64,000 nucleotides of DNA from Pelomyxa schiedti. Lineage: Eukaryota > Protista > Evosea. The notes beneath the pieces are model-generated. The model searched no databases. It was not told the DNA's origin and saw nothing but the letters and a program-made list of their open reading frames with translations. Numbering within the stretch: the stretch's first letter is position 1; each line of letters starts with the position of its first letter. Below are positions 62,744-64,000 of the stretch, in pieces. The stretch covers positions 21,930 to 85,929 of the forward strand of contig JAHLWZ010000839.1 of assembly GCA_020536535.1 (NCBI GenBank). The letters are read 5' to 3'. Both the position numbers and the translations under genes were made by a program.

Positions 62744-64000
62744 ATGAAAGCGAAGGCTCGTGCGGCCCGAGATGCCGCACGCACCAAAGGTGCTGCTAAA
62801 CAAATGGTGCAGACCAAACTGCAGTTGTCCTTGTTTACGCCCAAAGACTGCAGCGGCGCGGCGGCGACTTCCTCGCCCTCGACCCCGGCTTCCCCCCCCG
62901 CGTCGCCCACCACAACCCCCCCGCCCAGCCACAAAGGCGCCGGGACCCTCGCCTCGTGGTTGGCGGGGGGCACCATCAACAAAAGCCCTGCCTCGCACCC
63001 CCCCGCGTCTCCCTCGCCCTCGCCCTCGCCCTCTCCTTCCCCCTGCCCCTGCCCGTCTCCGTCGTCTCCCCTCGCTTCTCCCCCGTGCACAACCACAACC
63101 ACACGCACGGGCGGCAGCGCCGGGAGTGGTGACGTGAGCAGTCGTGAAGCAACTGCGGCGGTGCCGGCGGCAGAAAAACTTACTGCCCCCACTGCTACTA
63201 CTTCCGCTGCTGACGGTGTTGTTGTTGATGTTGGCGTGATTGGGCCGCCGGCCACGGCGACGCCTCTGCCTAGTAGCACAACGAAGCCGGCGCCGGTTGT
63301 TGTTGGTTGTGTCACGTCCATCATCAGAAATGCTATGTGCGCTGCTGCCAACAGCAGCAGCAGCAACAGTACCGGTAGCAACAACAGCAGCAAGGATGGA
63401 GTGGATGTACATGGTGTTGGTGCTGTGAGCGTGAGTGACGCCAAGCCTCGTGGGGCCTCAGAAGCTCCCTCACAGCTCAACAAGAACCCACCGAATGCAA
63501 CCACAGTTGGTGAAGGAGGCAGTCTGTTGAGAGTTTTGCTCAATGAGGGTGCCACACCTCCTTTGAATGGTGATCATGATCGCGACAGTGGCTGTGGTTA
63601 CCATTTTTCTCCTCCCTCAAAGCCGGCTTCTTTGCTGTCATCTCTTCAATCACCCATGTCATGCGGAATCGGTATGCCATCGCCTGTGACCCAATCACCA
63701 GTGACATTCGCTGCTGCACTGGTAGTACCTTCAGTACCACGTGTGGTTGGTTCACCATCATTACCTGCACCGCCACAGGAAAAACTGTTTCCCTCACAAC
63801 GAGTGCCTACTGCTCTGAATGGTACCAGTAGTTCTGGAACTGGAAGAGGCTCTAAACCGTGTTTAGTATTTACATCTCCGCCAGTTGTACCTGCACATCC
63901 AAAGTTGCCTCCATCAACGTGCTCATCAGCACTGCAGTCGCCGGGGTCATCAATGTCATCACAAACAATTCCACAAGCAATGGCACCAATGTTCAAAGCA
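62744..64000 (+). CDS. Hypothetical Ser/Pro/Ala-rich protein, first exon (continues beyond the window)
   Basis: ATG 62744 (MKAKARAARDAARTKG...) opens a frame with no stop for about 419 codons up to the window end. It is missing from the ORF track because it has no stop. Confidence 0.75.
   Translation, partial: MKAKARAARDAARTKGAAKQMVQTKLQLSLFTPKDCSGAAATSSPSTPASPPASPTTTPPPSHKGAGTLASWLAGGTINKSPASHPPASPSPSPSPSPSPCPCPSPSSPLASPPCTTTTTRTGGSAGSGDVSSREATAAVPAAEKLTAPTATTSAADGVVVDVGVIGPPATATPLPSSTTKPAPVVVGCVTSIIRNAMCAAANSSSSNSTGSNNSSKDGVDVHGVGAVSVSDAKPRGASEAPSQLNKNPPNATTVGEGGSLLRVLLNEGATPPLNGDHDRDSGCGYHFSPPSKPASLLSSLQSPMSCGIGMPSPVTQSPVTFAAALVVPSVPRVVGSPSLPAPPQEKLFPSQRVPTALNGTSSSGTGRGSKPCLVFTSPPVVPAHPKLPPSTCSSALQSPGSSMSSQTIPQAMAPMFKA

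Noticed and set aside
62611-63555. 314-aa minus-strand ORF
   Set aside because: It is the shadow of the longer plus-strand frame from ATG 62744 in GC-rich low-complexity sequence.
1-64000. Alternative genetic code or widespread pseudogenisation suggested by fragmented ORFs
   Set aside because: In the conserved genes traced, stops and frame changes fall inside short spliceosomal introns, and spliced frames are clean under the standard code.

Overview
This is eukaryotic, gene-dense, very intron-rich DNA. Introns are mostly 40-60 nt, intergenic spacers are often 80-350 bp, and the standard genetic code fits once introns are removed. The compact introns, Dictyostelium-type TIG domains and low-complexity S/T/N/Q tracts suggest an amoebozoan protist, possibly an archamoeba; that assignment is inference only. 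The ORF track is fragmented by introns, so genes were reconstructed by hand-splicing. In order: 3' part of a membrane PAS-adenylate cyclase; a very large STRA6-like membrane protein with an Ig-like ectodomain; CPSF1; an F-box/Arf-like GTPase/UBA fusion; a tandem ERI-exonuclease plus qRRM protein; a NEURL4-type ADP-ribosyltransferase-fold plus TIG protein; an aldo-keto reductase; cysteinyl-tRNA synthetase; a 3xCH-RhoGEF-PH protein; a GH16 glucanase; an ABCA transporter; a BRSK/AMPK-related kinase; an unresolved ORF region; a dysbindin-like protein; a CS/p23-ALG12 fusion; calcineurin A; a mitochondrial-carrier-family protein; an RRM protein; a minisatellite with a 125-bp duplication; and the 5' part of a low-complexity protein. 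The main points of interest are five unusual domain architectures and the splicing: one apparent GA-AG intron, seven GC-AG introns, 7- and 9-nt micro-exons and A-rich acceptors. No RNA genes, transposases or CRISPR arrays were recognised. Family calls come from by-eye motif recognition, not database searches.
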